Origin: Candidatus Sulfomarinibacteraceae bacterium
GTDB lineage: Bacteria > Acidobacteriota > Thermoanaerobaculia > Thermoanaerobaculales > Sulfomarinibacteraceae
Assembly (NCBI GenBank): GCA_963733915.1
Contig: CAVTEP010000004.1
Location: 112,758-176,757, forward strand
Direction: 5' to 3'
Length of the DNA stretch: 64,000 nt
Part shown: one piece after another, positions 53,798 through 62,053 of the stretch
How positions within the stretch are numbered: the stretch's first letter is position 1
Layout: every line of letters starts with the position of its first letter
Notes under the pieces: model-generated
The model's database searches: none
Told to the model about the DNA's origin: nothing
What the model saw: only the letters and a program-made list of their open reading frames with translations
Program-made: the position numbers and the translations under genes

Positions 53798-54145
53798 GAT
53801 TCCCGTTGCTCAGCGACGCGCCTTCAATTCCCGCACGCCTAGCCAGCCAGAATCATCCGATATCGATTCCCGATGGCCCGGTCTGTCGAGGACGCGAAAA
53901 ACCCCTCCGCGCGATTACAGTAGAGCCATGTCCAGGAAACGGAGCAAGGGAACCGGTTGGCTGACGGCAAAAACCGCGATCGCCACCGCCGCCGGCGCCC
54001 ACCTCGGCGAGCCCACAAAGATCAGCGTCGGGTGGGTGAAAAAAATCGGACGATGGCACGCACCCGCCCGAAACATCTCGCGATCGCCTTCGCGGTCTGC
54101 TGCGCCGGATCGAAGACTGAATTGAGTGCCCTCGCCTCCGAATGA

Positions 54146-54400
54146 CAAGACCCACCCCCACCCGGCAGCCGAGACGGCTGCCCCATAATCGTCCCTCGAT
54201 CTCTCGACATGGTTTGTGGGGCACACCTCCCGCGTGTCATCTCGAGCGAGCGCCATCCCCCCTCTGTCATCCTGAGCGAGCGAGCCCGGCGAGCGAGTCG
54301 AAGGATCCCCCCAAGAATCAGCAGAGCCTACCCGGAGGGGATCCCTTCGGCTCGGCCCGTGGCCTCGCTCATAGCAGGCTCGTCGACTCCAGCGCCGCCG
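54146..54400. repeat. ~100-bp composite element (54146-54241) followed by GTCATC(T/C)(C/T)GAGCGAGCG-family copies
   Basis: Same families as at 32884-33180 and 58310-58468. Confidence 0.75.
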
Positions 54401-54437
54401 CGCGGCGCCTTCGCACCGGATGACGACTCTTGACGTC

Positions 54438-54457
54438 ACGTACGGAATGCCGTACGT
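54438..54457. promoter_or_regulatory. Inverted repeat ACGTACGG-N4-CCGTACGT overlapping a TTGACG-17-TACGTT promoter (candidate YefM/YoeB operator)
   Basis: Perfect 8-bp arms ending 18 nt upstream of ATG 54475. Confidence 0.45.
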
Positions 54458-54474
54458 TTGTCATGGAGGTGAGC

Positions 54475-54717
54475 ATGACGACGATCACCGTCACCGACGC
54501 TCGGGCCAGGTTGTACAAGCTCGTGGATCAGGCGCGTGACGCAAGTGAGCCCATCCTGATCACCGGCAAGCGAGGCAACGTCGTCCTCGTCTCCGAAGAC
54601 GATTGGCGGGCCATCCAGGAAACGCTCCATCTGCTCTCGATTCCAGGGATGCGGGAGTCGATCAGGGAGGGTATGGCCGAATCAACTGATGAGTGCAGCG
54701 AGGAGCCGGGCTGGTGA
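54475..54717 (+). CDS. yefM: Phd/YefM-family antitoxin
   Basis: MTTITVTDARARLYKLVDQA ... PILITGKRGNVVLVSEDDWRAIQETLHLLSIPG. RBS GGAGGTGA. Confidence 0.85.
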   Translation: MTTITVTDARARLYKLVDQARDASEPILITGKRGNVVLVSEDDWRAIQETLHLLSIPGMRESIREGMAESTDECSEEPGW

Positions 54718-54980
54718 GCCAATGGCGGCTCGTCTTCACCAGACAGGCCCAGAAGGACGCGAAGAAGATAACCGCATCTGGTCTCCGTGACAAAACACAG
54801 GCCCTGCTCGATGTCCTTGCCGAGGATCCCTTCAAATCGCCGCCGTCCTTCGTACAGCTGGTTGGTGATCTCGCCGGAGCGTATTCGAGGCGCATCAATA
54901 TCCAGCACCGGCTCGTCTATCAGGTCGTGAAGGACGAACGCACGGTCAAGGTTCTGCGGATGTGGACCCAATACGAGTGA
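54714..54980 (+). CDS. yoeB: YoeB/Txe-family toxin
   Basis: GTG 54714 in a GTGA overlap with the yefM stop. ...YSRRINIQHRLVYQVVKDERTVKVLRMWTQYE. Confidence 0.85.
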   Translation: MSQWRLVFTRQAQKDAKKITASGLRDKTQALLDVLAEDPFKSPPSFVQLVGDLAGAYSRRINIQHRLVYQVVKDERTVKVLRMWTQYE

Positions 54981-55516
54981 CCGGCCGCCTTCGCCAGGAA
55001 ATCCCCGACGGGCCCTACGAACTCTCGGACTGAAATCGCTTCCCAAACCTGTGAAACAGATCGTCGACATCGTCTGCCGACATTTCTGACCCAATAGTCG
55101 ACAAAAAGAGAAAACATCGACGCGTCTCTCCGATATGTCGATCCCATCGACACGCCGGATCGCGCCGCCTGACGAACCACCATTGGGACGCTTGGTATTC
55201 GCCCCGAAGGCTCCTCACCGCGAATTCCTGAGTTGAGAAACGGTTCTTTACTACTGCCGGCCAATAAGAAAGAATTCTTGCCAATGGTGTAAAAGAGGAG
55301 TAAATTAGCCAAAATGATCCTGCAACGAAAGCCGCCGCCATTGACGAAGAGCCTGTTGGCGACTCTATTTATTGCGTACCACCCCCGTTGCTGCGGTGCG
55401 GGGCGCGAAACCGCCGAAAGGCGGTTTCTGCATTTGTACCGCCGATCTTTCTATAATCTCAACAGCTTTTGCCACCGCACTCTTCCTGAACTTTATTTGC
55501 TCATAGGCAAAAAAAG

Positions 55517-55545
55517 TTGCAACATTTTTTGCTTTCGCGCATAAT
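55517..55545 (+). promoter_or_regulatory. Promoter TTGCAA-17-CATAAT abutting the ATPase start codons (leaderless architecture)
   Basis: The -10 ends at 55545. ATG 55546 abuts it, and ATG 55552 lies 6 nt downstream. Confidence 0.5.
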
Positions 55546-55551
55546 ATGCCA

Positions 55552-56730
55552 ATGTCGGAACCACGTTACCTCGAGCCCGCGATGGAATCGGATCTGAAAC
55601 AGAAGATGGTTTTCATGGCCGGCCCCCGTCAGGTCGGGAAGACGACCCTCGCCAAGCGATTCCTCGCGCGCTGGCCGGTTGGCCTCTACCTGAACTGGGA
55701 CAACCGTGACCACAGGTTGGAGCTTCGCGAGCCCCGGTGGCCCACCGAACCCGCGCTTGTCGTCCTTGACGAGATCCATAAATGGCGGGGCTGGAAGCGG
55801 TGGATCAAGGGCGAGTACGACGAGCACGGGGACCGTATTCACTTCCTGGTCACCGGAAGCGCGCGAATGGATGTCTACCGTCGCGGTGGAGACTCGTTGC
55901 AGGGCCGGTATCACCACTACCGCCTTCATCCGTTCACGCTGGCGGAGATCGAGCACAAGAAACCGAATCCGAGCACACTCGAACCGGGGCGGGAGATCCC
56001 GCTGAATCGTTCACGGGCCGGCGGCGAGATCGAGGCGATGATGCAATTCGGGGGCTTCCCCGAGCCTTTCCTCGCGCAGAGCCCGAGGACCCACCGGCGG
56101 TGGCTCAAGGAGCGTTTCGATCGGTTCATCCGCGAGGACGTCCGCGACCTCGGGTCTGTGAGAGATCTCTCGCAGATTCAGCTCCTGGCGGACCTCCTCC
56201 CCGATCGGGTGGGGTCGCCGCTGTCGCTCAATTCGCTCCGCGAGGATTTGGAAGTCAGCCACAGGTCAATCACCCATTGGATGGAGATTCTGGAGCGCCT
56301 GTACTTCGCGTTTCGGATCGCGCCGTTCAGATCGAGGGCGGTGCGGTCGCTCAAACAAATGCCGAAAGCCTACCTGTGGGATTGGAGCGCGATTGCGGAC
56401 AAGGGGGCGCGTTTCGAAAACCTGGTTGCCCTTCACCTCCTCAAGCTCTGCCACTACCTCGAGGATGCCGAGGGCCACCGGGTCGCACTCCACTACCTGA
56501 GGGATCGCGCCGGGCACGAGGTGGACTTCCTGGTAACGGCGGATCGCAAACCGTGGTTCGCCGTCGAGGCGAAGCTGCGTGCCGATCGGGCGGATTCCTC
56601 GCTGCGGTACTTCCGCGATCGGCTCAAGATTCCATGGTCCTACCAGGTGAGCCTCGAGGGCGAACGCGATGTTCTGGACGACGGTATCCGTTGTCTGCCT
56701 GCGGCGAAATTCCTGGCTGCACTCGTGTGA
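55552..56730 (+). CDS. AAA-family ATPase with DUF4143-type C-terminal domain (paralogue 3)
   Basis: GPRQVGKTTL, VVLDEIH and EVDFLV ... AVEAK. Track start is 55546; 55552 is preferred if the transcript is leaderless. Confidence 0.85.
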   Translation: MSEPRYLEPAMESDLKQKMVFMAGPRQVGKTTLAKRFLARWPVGLYLNWDNRDHRLELREPRWPTEPALVVLDEIHKWRGWKRWIKGEYDEHGDRIHFLVTGSARMDVYRRGGDSLQGRYHHYRLHPFTLAEIEHKKPNPSTLEPGREIPLNRSRAGGEIEAMMQFGGFPEPFLAQSPRTHRRWLKERFDRFIREDVRDLGSVRDLSQIQLLADLLPDRVGSPLSLNSLREDLEVSHRSITHWMEILERLYFAFRIAPFRSRAVRSLKQMPKAYLWDWSAIADKGARFENLVALHLLKLCHYLEDAEGHRVALHYLRDRAGHEVDFLVTADRKPWFAVEAKLRADRADSSLRYFRDRLKIPWSYQVSLEGERDVLDDGIRCLPAAKFLAALV

Positions 56731-56996
56731 TCCTCAGCCCCCTCCGCGGCCTCGAGGCCATCCAGCAACGCCGGCTCGACCAGCTCGAACTCCGCGATTC
56801 GCAGTCGGCAGCAGACACCCGGTGAGATAAGCGGGCTAACACTTTCTGGGGCAGGCGGCCTGTCACGGCGTAGCCCGGGCGAAGCCGGATCCCGCCTGCC
56901 GGGGGTTGGTGGCCCCCAAGCCCACCCCCGCAGCACCCAAGACCACGGGGCTGTCGGGGCAACTGGTTTGCCTGCTTGAACCCCGTGCAGACGCCT

Positions 56997-58172
56997 TCAC
57001 CCAGCGTCGTCCTCCGTCCCCTCGCGGAGTAGATCGAGGTACCCGGCATAGCCGAATACGCGGTCCCGTCGTCGACCGGTGGTTTCCTCGAGCACGCCGG
57101 CGCTCACCAGCGCAGCGGCCGCCTTGGACGCGGTCGGCTTGGTCGTCCCCAGCAGCTTCGTGACGCCCGCCAGGGTCACCATCGGGTGACGCGGCAGCTC
57201 TTCGAAAAGACGGGCGGCAGAGACCGTGGTCGCCGGATGGGCGAGCACGGTGGAGCGATCCCGGCTCACCAGGGCGTACAGCTCGCGCACCGTCGCCGTG
57301 GTCTCGTCCGCGGTCACGCGAACGCCGTCGAGGAAGAACGCTACCCAAGCCTCCCAGTCTCCATCGGTACGGATTGCGCCCAGCCGGCGGTAGTACTCCT
57401 CGCGGTGGCGCTTGAAATACAGGCTGAGGTACAGCAGCGGCTCCCCCAGGAGGCCCCAGTGCTCGAGCAGGAGTGTGATCAACAACCTGCCCACCCTCCC
57501 GTTTCCGTCGAGATACGGGTGGATGGTCTCGAACTGCGCATGCAACAGCGCGCACCTCACCAGCGGGTGGGAGGAATCGTCGCCGTGGATCGCGCGCTCG
57601 AGCTGGCTTAGCACCTCGGGTAGGGCGTGGGGAGGTGGCGGCACGAACACGGCATTCCCGGGCCGCGTGCCGCCGATCCAGTTCTGGCTGCGGCGCACCT
57701 CTCCCGGCCGTGCGCCTCGCCCGGGCCGCCCGGCCATCAGCCTTCGGTGAGTGAGGTTGAGCAGGCGGACGCTGATCGGCAGGCCCTTCGGGCGCTGCAG
57801 CTCGGTCCTTGCAAACGAAAGCGCCGCCAGGTAGTTGCACACCTCGTCGACATCAGAATCGGCCGGCACCTCGTCGAGGTTGGTCGCCTCGAAAGTGAAG
57901 AGATCGACTAGGGTCGCCTGGGTGCCCTCGATCTGGGACGACAGCACCGCCTCCTTTCGCACGAAGGCGTAGACCAGCCAGTCGATGGACGGCACCATCT
58001 CTCCCGCCACCGCCAACCGCGCCAGTGCGGCTTCCGCTGCACCCAGCGACTCCGTCATCGGCGGGTCCATCTGCAGCGCCGGCCTCTTCGGCGGCAGAGG
58101 GTAGGGGATAAACGCCCGCACCTCTTCGCCCGCGACCGTTGTCTTCTCGTATGAGCCGGTGGTCCTCTTCAT
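56997..58172 (-). CDS. Fic-family protein (AMPylase-type, with C-terminal winged-helix region)
   Basis: Fic motif HPYLDGNGRVGR. Start is the complement of 58170-58172, after GGGGAGAGG. Confidence 0.85.
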   Translation of the reverse strand: MKRTTGSYEKTTVAGEEVRAFIPYPLPPKRPALQMDPPMTESLGAAEAALARLAVAGEMVPSIDWLVYAFVRKEAVLSSQIEGTQATLVDLFTFEATNLDEVPADSDVDEVCNYLAALSFARTELQRPKGLPISVRLLNLTHRRLMAGRPGRGARPGEVRRSQNWIGGTRPGNAVFVPPPPHALPEVLSQLERAIHGDDSSHPLVRCALLHAQFETIHPYLDGNGRVGRLLITLLLEHWGLLGEPLLYLSLYFKRHREEYYRRLGAIRTDGDWEAWVAFFLDGVRVTADETTATVRELYALVSRDRSTVLAHPATTVSAARLFEELPRHPMVTLAGVTKLLGTTKPTASKAAAALVSAGVLEETTGRRRDRVFGYAGYLDLLREGTEDDAG

Positions 58173-58309
58173 GGCCTCTCCCCTTAAGAAACTATTCTTT
58201 ACCAAATTTGATGGAAAGTAAAGAGACGTTTACTATCATGAGCCTTGATCAGATGCCGGCAAGGGGAGCTAAGGTTCTTGAGTTCAGGCCCAAAAGCCGC
58301 TGGCGGCGA

Positions 58310-58468
58310 GTTGAGGGGATCCTTCGGCTCGGTCGCTCCGCTCCCTCGCTCCCAATGACAATACGGCCCACCCACCCGGCAGCCGGGACGGCTGCCCCAC
58401 AAGAGTCCATGGTATTCCGAGACCATTTGTGGGGCACGCGTCTCGCGTGCCGGGTGGGTGGTTTGGTC
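58310..58468. repeat. GTCATC-family fragment + ~100-bp composite element (CCCACCCGGCAGCCGGGACGGCTGCCCCACAA ... TTGTGGGGCACGCGTCTCGCGTGCCGGGTGGG)
   Basis: Third copy of this element in the window. Confidence 0.8.
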
Positions 58469-58570
58469 AGTTGATGTGTCGTCGCCCGATTCGGCGTAAC
58501 GGCGCTCAGGATGACAGCGCGCACCTGTCCCGTGGTCCTCGGCTCACTCGGGAGAGCACGTTCGCCGGGA

Positions 58571-58788
58571 GGGCGGGTGGGGAACTCAAAACTCAAAACT
58601 GCCTGAATGATGGGGTGGTGGGAACTCAAAACTCAAAACTCAAAACTCAAAACTCAAAACTGCCTGAATGGTGGGGTGGGCGGGAACTCAAAACTTAGAA
58701 CTCAAAACTCAAAACTCAAAACTGCCTGAATGGTGGGGTGGGCGGGAACTCAAAACTCAAAACTCAAAACTCAAAACTCAACACTCAT
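58571..58788. repeat. Nested tandem repeat: four units of GGGAA-(CTCAAAA)n-CTGCCTGAATGGTGGGGTGGGC with n = 2-5
   Basis: Heptamer arrays separated by a conserved 22-24-nt linker, read directly. Confidence 0.9.
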
Positions 58789-58835
58789 ACGACGGCCTCA
58801 CTCCTCAATCCGAATTCCTCAGTTCACTCCTCCCC

Positions 58836-60929
58836 CTACCTCAAATTCCGCTCCCAGAACTCCAGCATGGTGGTGTACAGGTGCTTCTGGGCCGGGTCAT
58901 CTTCGATGCCGTGCTTGCGCATCGGGTAGACCATCATGTCCAGGGTGATGCCCGCTTCGATCAGCTCGTTGACGAATCGCCAGGAGTTTTGCGGGTGGAC
59001 GTTGTCGTCGTAGGTGCCGTACACCAGCAGCAGCCGTCCGCTCAGGTTCTTTGCCCGCTCGGCGTGTGAGGTCTTCTCGTACCCCTCGGGGTTGGCCTGC
59101 GGGGTCTTCATCATGGCCTCGGCCCACTTGGTGTCGTAGTAGCGCCAGTCGCTGACCGGGGCCACGGCGATCCCGGCGCGGAACTCCTCGGACCCGGTCA
59201 ACGCCAGCAGCGTGTACGAGCCGCCGCCGCTCCAGCCCCAGATGCCGACCCGGTCCGGGTCGACAAAGCTCTGGCCCTTGAGCCACCTCACCGCATCGAG
59301 CAGATCATCGAGCTCCGTCGAGCCGTACGCCTCGCCGACGATGCGATTCTCCAGCGTCTTGCTGATGGCCGTCGCACTGCGGTTGTCGACGCAAAGAACG
59401 ATGAACCCCTGGTTCGCCAGCACCTGCTCGTAGAGACCACGAGCGTTACCGCTCCAGGCGTCAGCCACCTCCGGCGCCGAGGGGCCGCCGTAGACGTAGA
59501 CGACCACGGGATAGCGCGTGCTTGGATCGAAATTCCTGGGCCTGAGCATCATCGCCGGCATGGCAAAGCCGTCGTTCGTCGCGATGGTGAACAGCTCCCG
59601 GGGCAGCAGATCGAATGGCTCGAGGCGCTCGGGGCGCTGGGGTGAGACAACAACCGCCTCGCCACCCTCCGGACGGCGCAGCGTCAACGACGGCATCTCA
59701 TCGATCGCCGACCACGAGTCGAGGTAGAACGCCCCATCGTCGCGGAACAGGATGCGGTGGGTGCCGTCCTCGCCGGTCAGCCGCTCCATCCCCGAGCCGT
59801 CCAGGTGGACGCGGTACAGGTGCTTCTCGATGGAGGATTTTTCGAGCGCGGTGAAGTAGACCCAGTCGTTCTCCTCGTCGATGTGGGCGACGGCCTGGCG
59901 CAGCCAGAAGACGCCGCCCGATCCGCGCAGCGCCCACTCGCCGCGCGTCACCTGGCCGACGAGCGTGCCGTCGTTCTCGTAGAGATAGAGGTGCGCGTAC
60001 CCATCCCGCTCCGACGCCCACAGGAACCGATCGCTGTGCTTCAGGAAGTACAGGTCGTCGTGGAGATTGACCCACCCGGGGTCGGTCTCACGGAGGATGT
60101 GCTGCACCGTGCCGGTGGCGGCATCGGCCAGGAAGAGATCGAGCGTCGTCTGCGGCCGGTCGAGGGTCTGCACGGCCAGCCGCTTGCTGTCGGGAAGCCA
60201 GTTCACCCGCACCAGGTACTCGTAGGGGTAGACCCCGAGATCGACCCAGGTGGTCTCCCCACCATCGGCGCCGATCACGCCGGCGCGGACGCGGGGGTTG
60301 GCCTCACCGGCCTTCGGATAGCGCTGCTCGATGACGCGCGGCAGGTTCGGCTCCACGTCGACGAAGTGCATCACGCCGACCACCGACTCGTCGGTCTGCA
60401 GGTAGGCGAGGGACCGCGAGTCGGGCGCCCACCAGTAGCCGCTGTCGTTGCGCCCGAACACCTCCTCCCAGTACACCCAGGAGACCGTGCCGTTGAGCAG
60501 CGTGTCGGAGCCGTCGCTGGTCAGCCGCTTCGCGGTGCGCTCCTCGACGTCCCACACCCAGAGGTCGTTGTCGCGAACAAAGGCGAGCTTCTTCCCGTCG
60601 GGGGAAAACCGTGCCGACTTCTCGTCGGCGTCGGTGACGGCGACCGGCACGAACGTCGACGAGCGCAGGTCGAGGAGCACGACGTCGCCCTCGTGCTCGT
60701 AGACCGCCCAACGGCCGGTCGTGTCGAACGAATCCGGCCAGCCGATCTCCTCGATCGCCTCCTCCGGCTCGAGCACCTGGTTGAGGCTGGCCAGCGCCGT
60801 GGCCGCGTCGACCACCACCTTGCGCTCGCCGGTGACGGGGTCGAAGGACTCGAGGGTCCGCTCAGCCTTCGGCGGGTAGGTGTCGTAGAGCATGGCGATG
60901 CCCGTATCGAGCCAGGCATGCGAGGGCAC
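58836..60929 (-). CDS. Prolyl oligopeptidase family S9B (dipeptidyl-peptidase IV-like) serine peptidase
   Basis: Beta-propeller N-terminal region plus a catalytic domain with the GWSGGG nucleophile elbow. The true start is probably ATG 61062 (RBS GGAGGTGA), with a frameshift in the signal peptide. Confidence 0.85.
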   Translation of the reverse strand: MPSHAWLDTGIAMLYDTYPPKAERTLESFDPVTGERKVVVDAATALASLNQVLEPEEAIEEIGWPDSFDTTGRWAVYEHEGDVVLLDLRSSTFVPVAVTDADEKSARFSPDGKKLAFVRDNDLWVWDVEERTAKRLTSDGSDTLLNGTVSWVYWEEVFGRNDSGYWWAPDSRSLAYLQTDESVVGVMHFVDVEPNLPRVIEQRYPKAGEANPRVRAGVIGADGGETTWVDLGVYPYEYLVRVNWLPDSKRLAVQTLDRPQTTLDLFLADAATGTVQHILRETDPGWVNLHDDLYFLKHSDRFLWASERDGYAHLYLYENDGTLVGQVTRGEWALRGSGGVFWLRQAVAHIDEENDWVYFTALEKSSIEKHLYRVHLDGSGMERLTGEDGTHRILFRDDGAFYLDSWSAIDEMPSLTLRRPEGGEAVVVSPQRPERLEPFDLLPRELFTIATNDGFAMPAMMLRPRNFDPSTRYPVVVYVYGGPSAPEVADAWSGNARGLYEQVLANQGFIVLCVDNRSATAISKTLENRIVGEAYGSTELDDLLDAVRWLKGQSFVDPDRVGIWGWSGGGSYTLLALTGSEEFRAGIAVAPVSDWRYYDTKWAEAMMKTPQANPEGYEKTSHAERAKNLSGRLLLVYGTYDDNVHPQNSWRFVNELIEAGITLDMMVYPMRKHGIEDDPAQKHLYTTMLEFWERNLR

Positions 60930-61311
60930 CGAGGCCGCCGTCTTGCCCTCGTCGCTGAAGATCCAGTCGATGGTCAGCTTCTCGTCCGCGGCCAGGGCCG
61001 GCGAGACGAGGGCGAATGCCAGAACGAGTGAGCAAGCCGAGACGAACGAGCCCGAACCGCATTTCGATCACCTCCGGAGAACGGTCGGGGTATTGTACGC
61101 GGCGCGATGAGTACTGCGCATACCCGGGCACCACCTACACAGTTGTCGAATTGTGCCGATCACTCGACACCCGTGGTTCGCCCGAGAGTGCCGGTGGCAG
61201 CTCGATGGGCGAACCAACAACCGTGTCATCGTAAACGTGGTACCCAGCCTCCGTCGGAAGGATCTCAGGGGCGGGGCAGCGGCACAATCTCGGCAAAAAC
61301 TGTTCAAACAC

Positions 61312-61340
61312 TTGACAATCGCGATTCAATCGAGTATATT
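61312..61340 (+). promoter_or_regulatory. Near-consensus sigma70 promoter TTGACA-17-TATATT
   Basis: Hexamers at 61312-61317 and 61335-61340. Confidence 0.6.
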
Positions 61341-61346
61341 AATAAG

Positions 61347-61457
61347 TCCAACGGCGCCGATTTACTTCGCAACTTGCGGGCGCCATAAACAAATGCCGCT
61401 AAAGCGCGAACGGCCAGGAGGACAGCTTCAGCCCGTCGCGTACCGACGGGCTTTTTT
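61347..61457 (+). ncRNA. Candidate ~110-nt small RNA or terminator-containing leader (promoter to intrinsic terminator)
   Basis: Starts ~7 nt after the -10. Ends at the hairpin AGCCCGTCG-CGTAC-CGACGGGCT (61430-61452) followed by TTTTT. No ORF inside. Internal GGCGCC ... GGCGCC pairing is possible. Confidence 0.45.
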
Positions 61458-62053
61458 GACGGCGCCTCCTCCCATTCTGCTCGGCGGCGGGACACAAAGG
61501 AGTTCTCTATGGACACGTACTCGCCCCGCCACGCTCATCGCCTGTAGTGTCGGAATCTGAGACCGGGGGCCGAAACGACAGGTCAAGGGACCTGATCATG
61601 TCCTCCTCGGACCGCCTCCGACCGGAGCCCGTCGACCGGATCGCCGGGCCGCCGCACGGGCGTGCATCACCCCGAAGAGGAGTGGATCGAGACGGTCGCG
61701 GTATGGTCAACGAGCTCCTCGAGCCCAGCAGGCGACGGAAGATCGCACCCTCGACGACCATCGTCTCGCTGGCCCTCGACCAGCGGTCACGGTCTGGGGC
61801 GTCAGCGGCGCACTGCACGTGCAGTGCGGCTCGCCGAGATCCCGGGTCTGACCATCGCATGTACCCGCAGGTCGCTCGACCTGCGCCGGCCGGCCGGTGA
61901 GAACGCGACTTCGCCGACCCCCAGATCCGCGGCCGCATCGCCCGCTACCTGATGCAGTACACGCAGTGCCGACTGGGTGATTTGCACCGCCGTTTATCCG
62001 GCCGACGAGCCCGGGCTTCCCGACCTCGGCAACCGGCCGGAAGGAGGCCTGAC

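Noticed and set aside
53928-54125. 65-aa ORF MSRKRSKGTGWLTAKTAIATAAGAHLG...
   Set aside because: It might be a small membrane protein, but it lies among repeat debris, including a truncated copy of the RRM-cassette terminator at ~53897-53913, and has no RBS or homology signal. Support is insufficient.
55015-55341. 108-aa minus-strand ORF (and overlapping 130-aa ORF) in the lower-GC region 55.0-55.5 kb
   Set aside because: It has no RBS, no recognisable motif and an irregular composition. The region more likely contains promoter or regulatory DNA and a GAAACCGCC-GAAA-GGCGGTTTC hairpin (55409-55430). Coding status is undecidable from sequence alone.
61347-61457. Fluoride (crcB) or another known riboswitch because of GCCAUAAAC-like sequence
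   Set aside because: The rest of the crcB consensus, including the pseudoknot partner (..CUGAUGAUGCCUAC-like 3' part), is absent. Downstream genes are unrelated to fluoride, and no other class matched by eye. It is left as an unclassified candidate.
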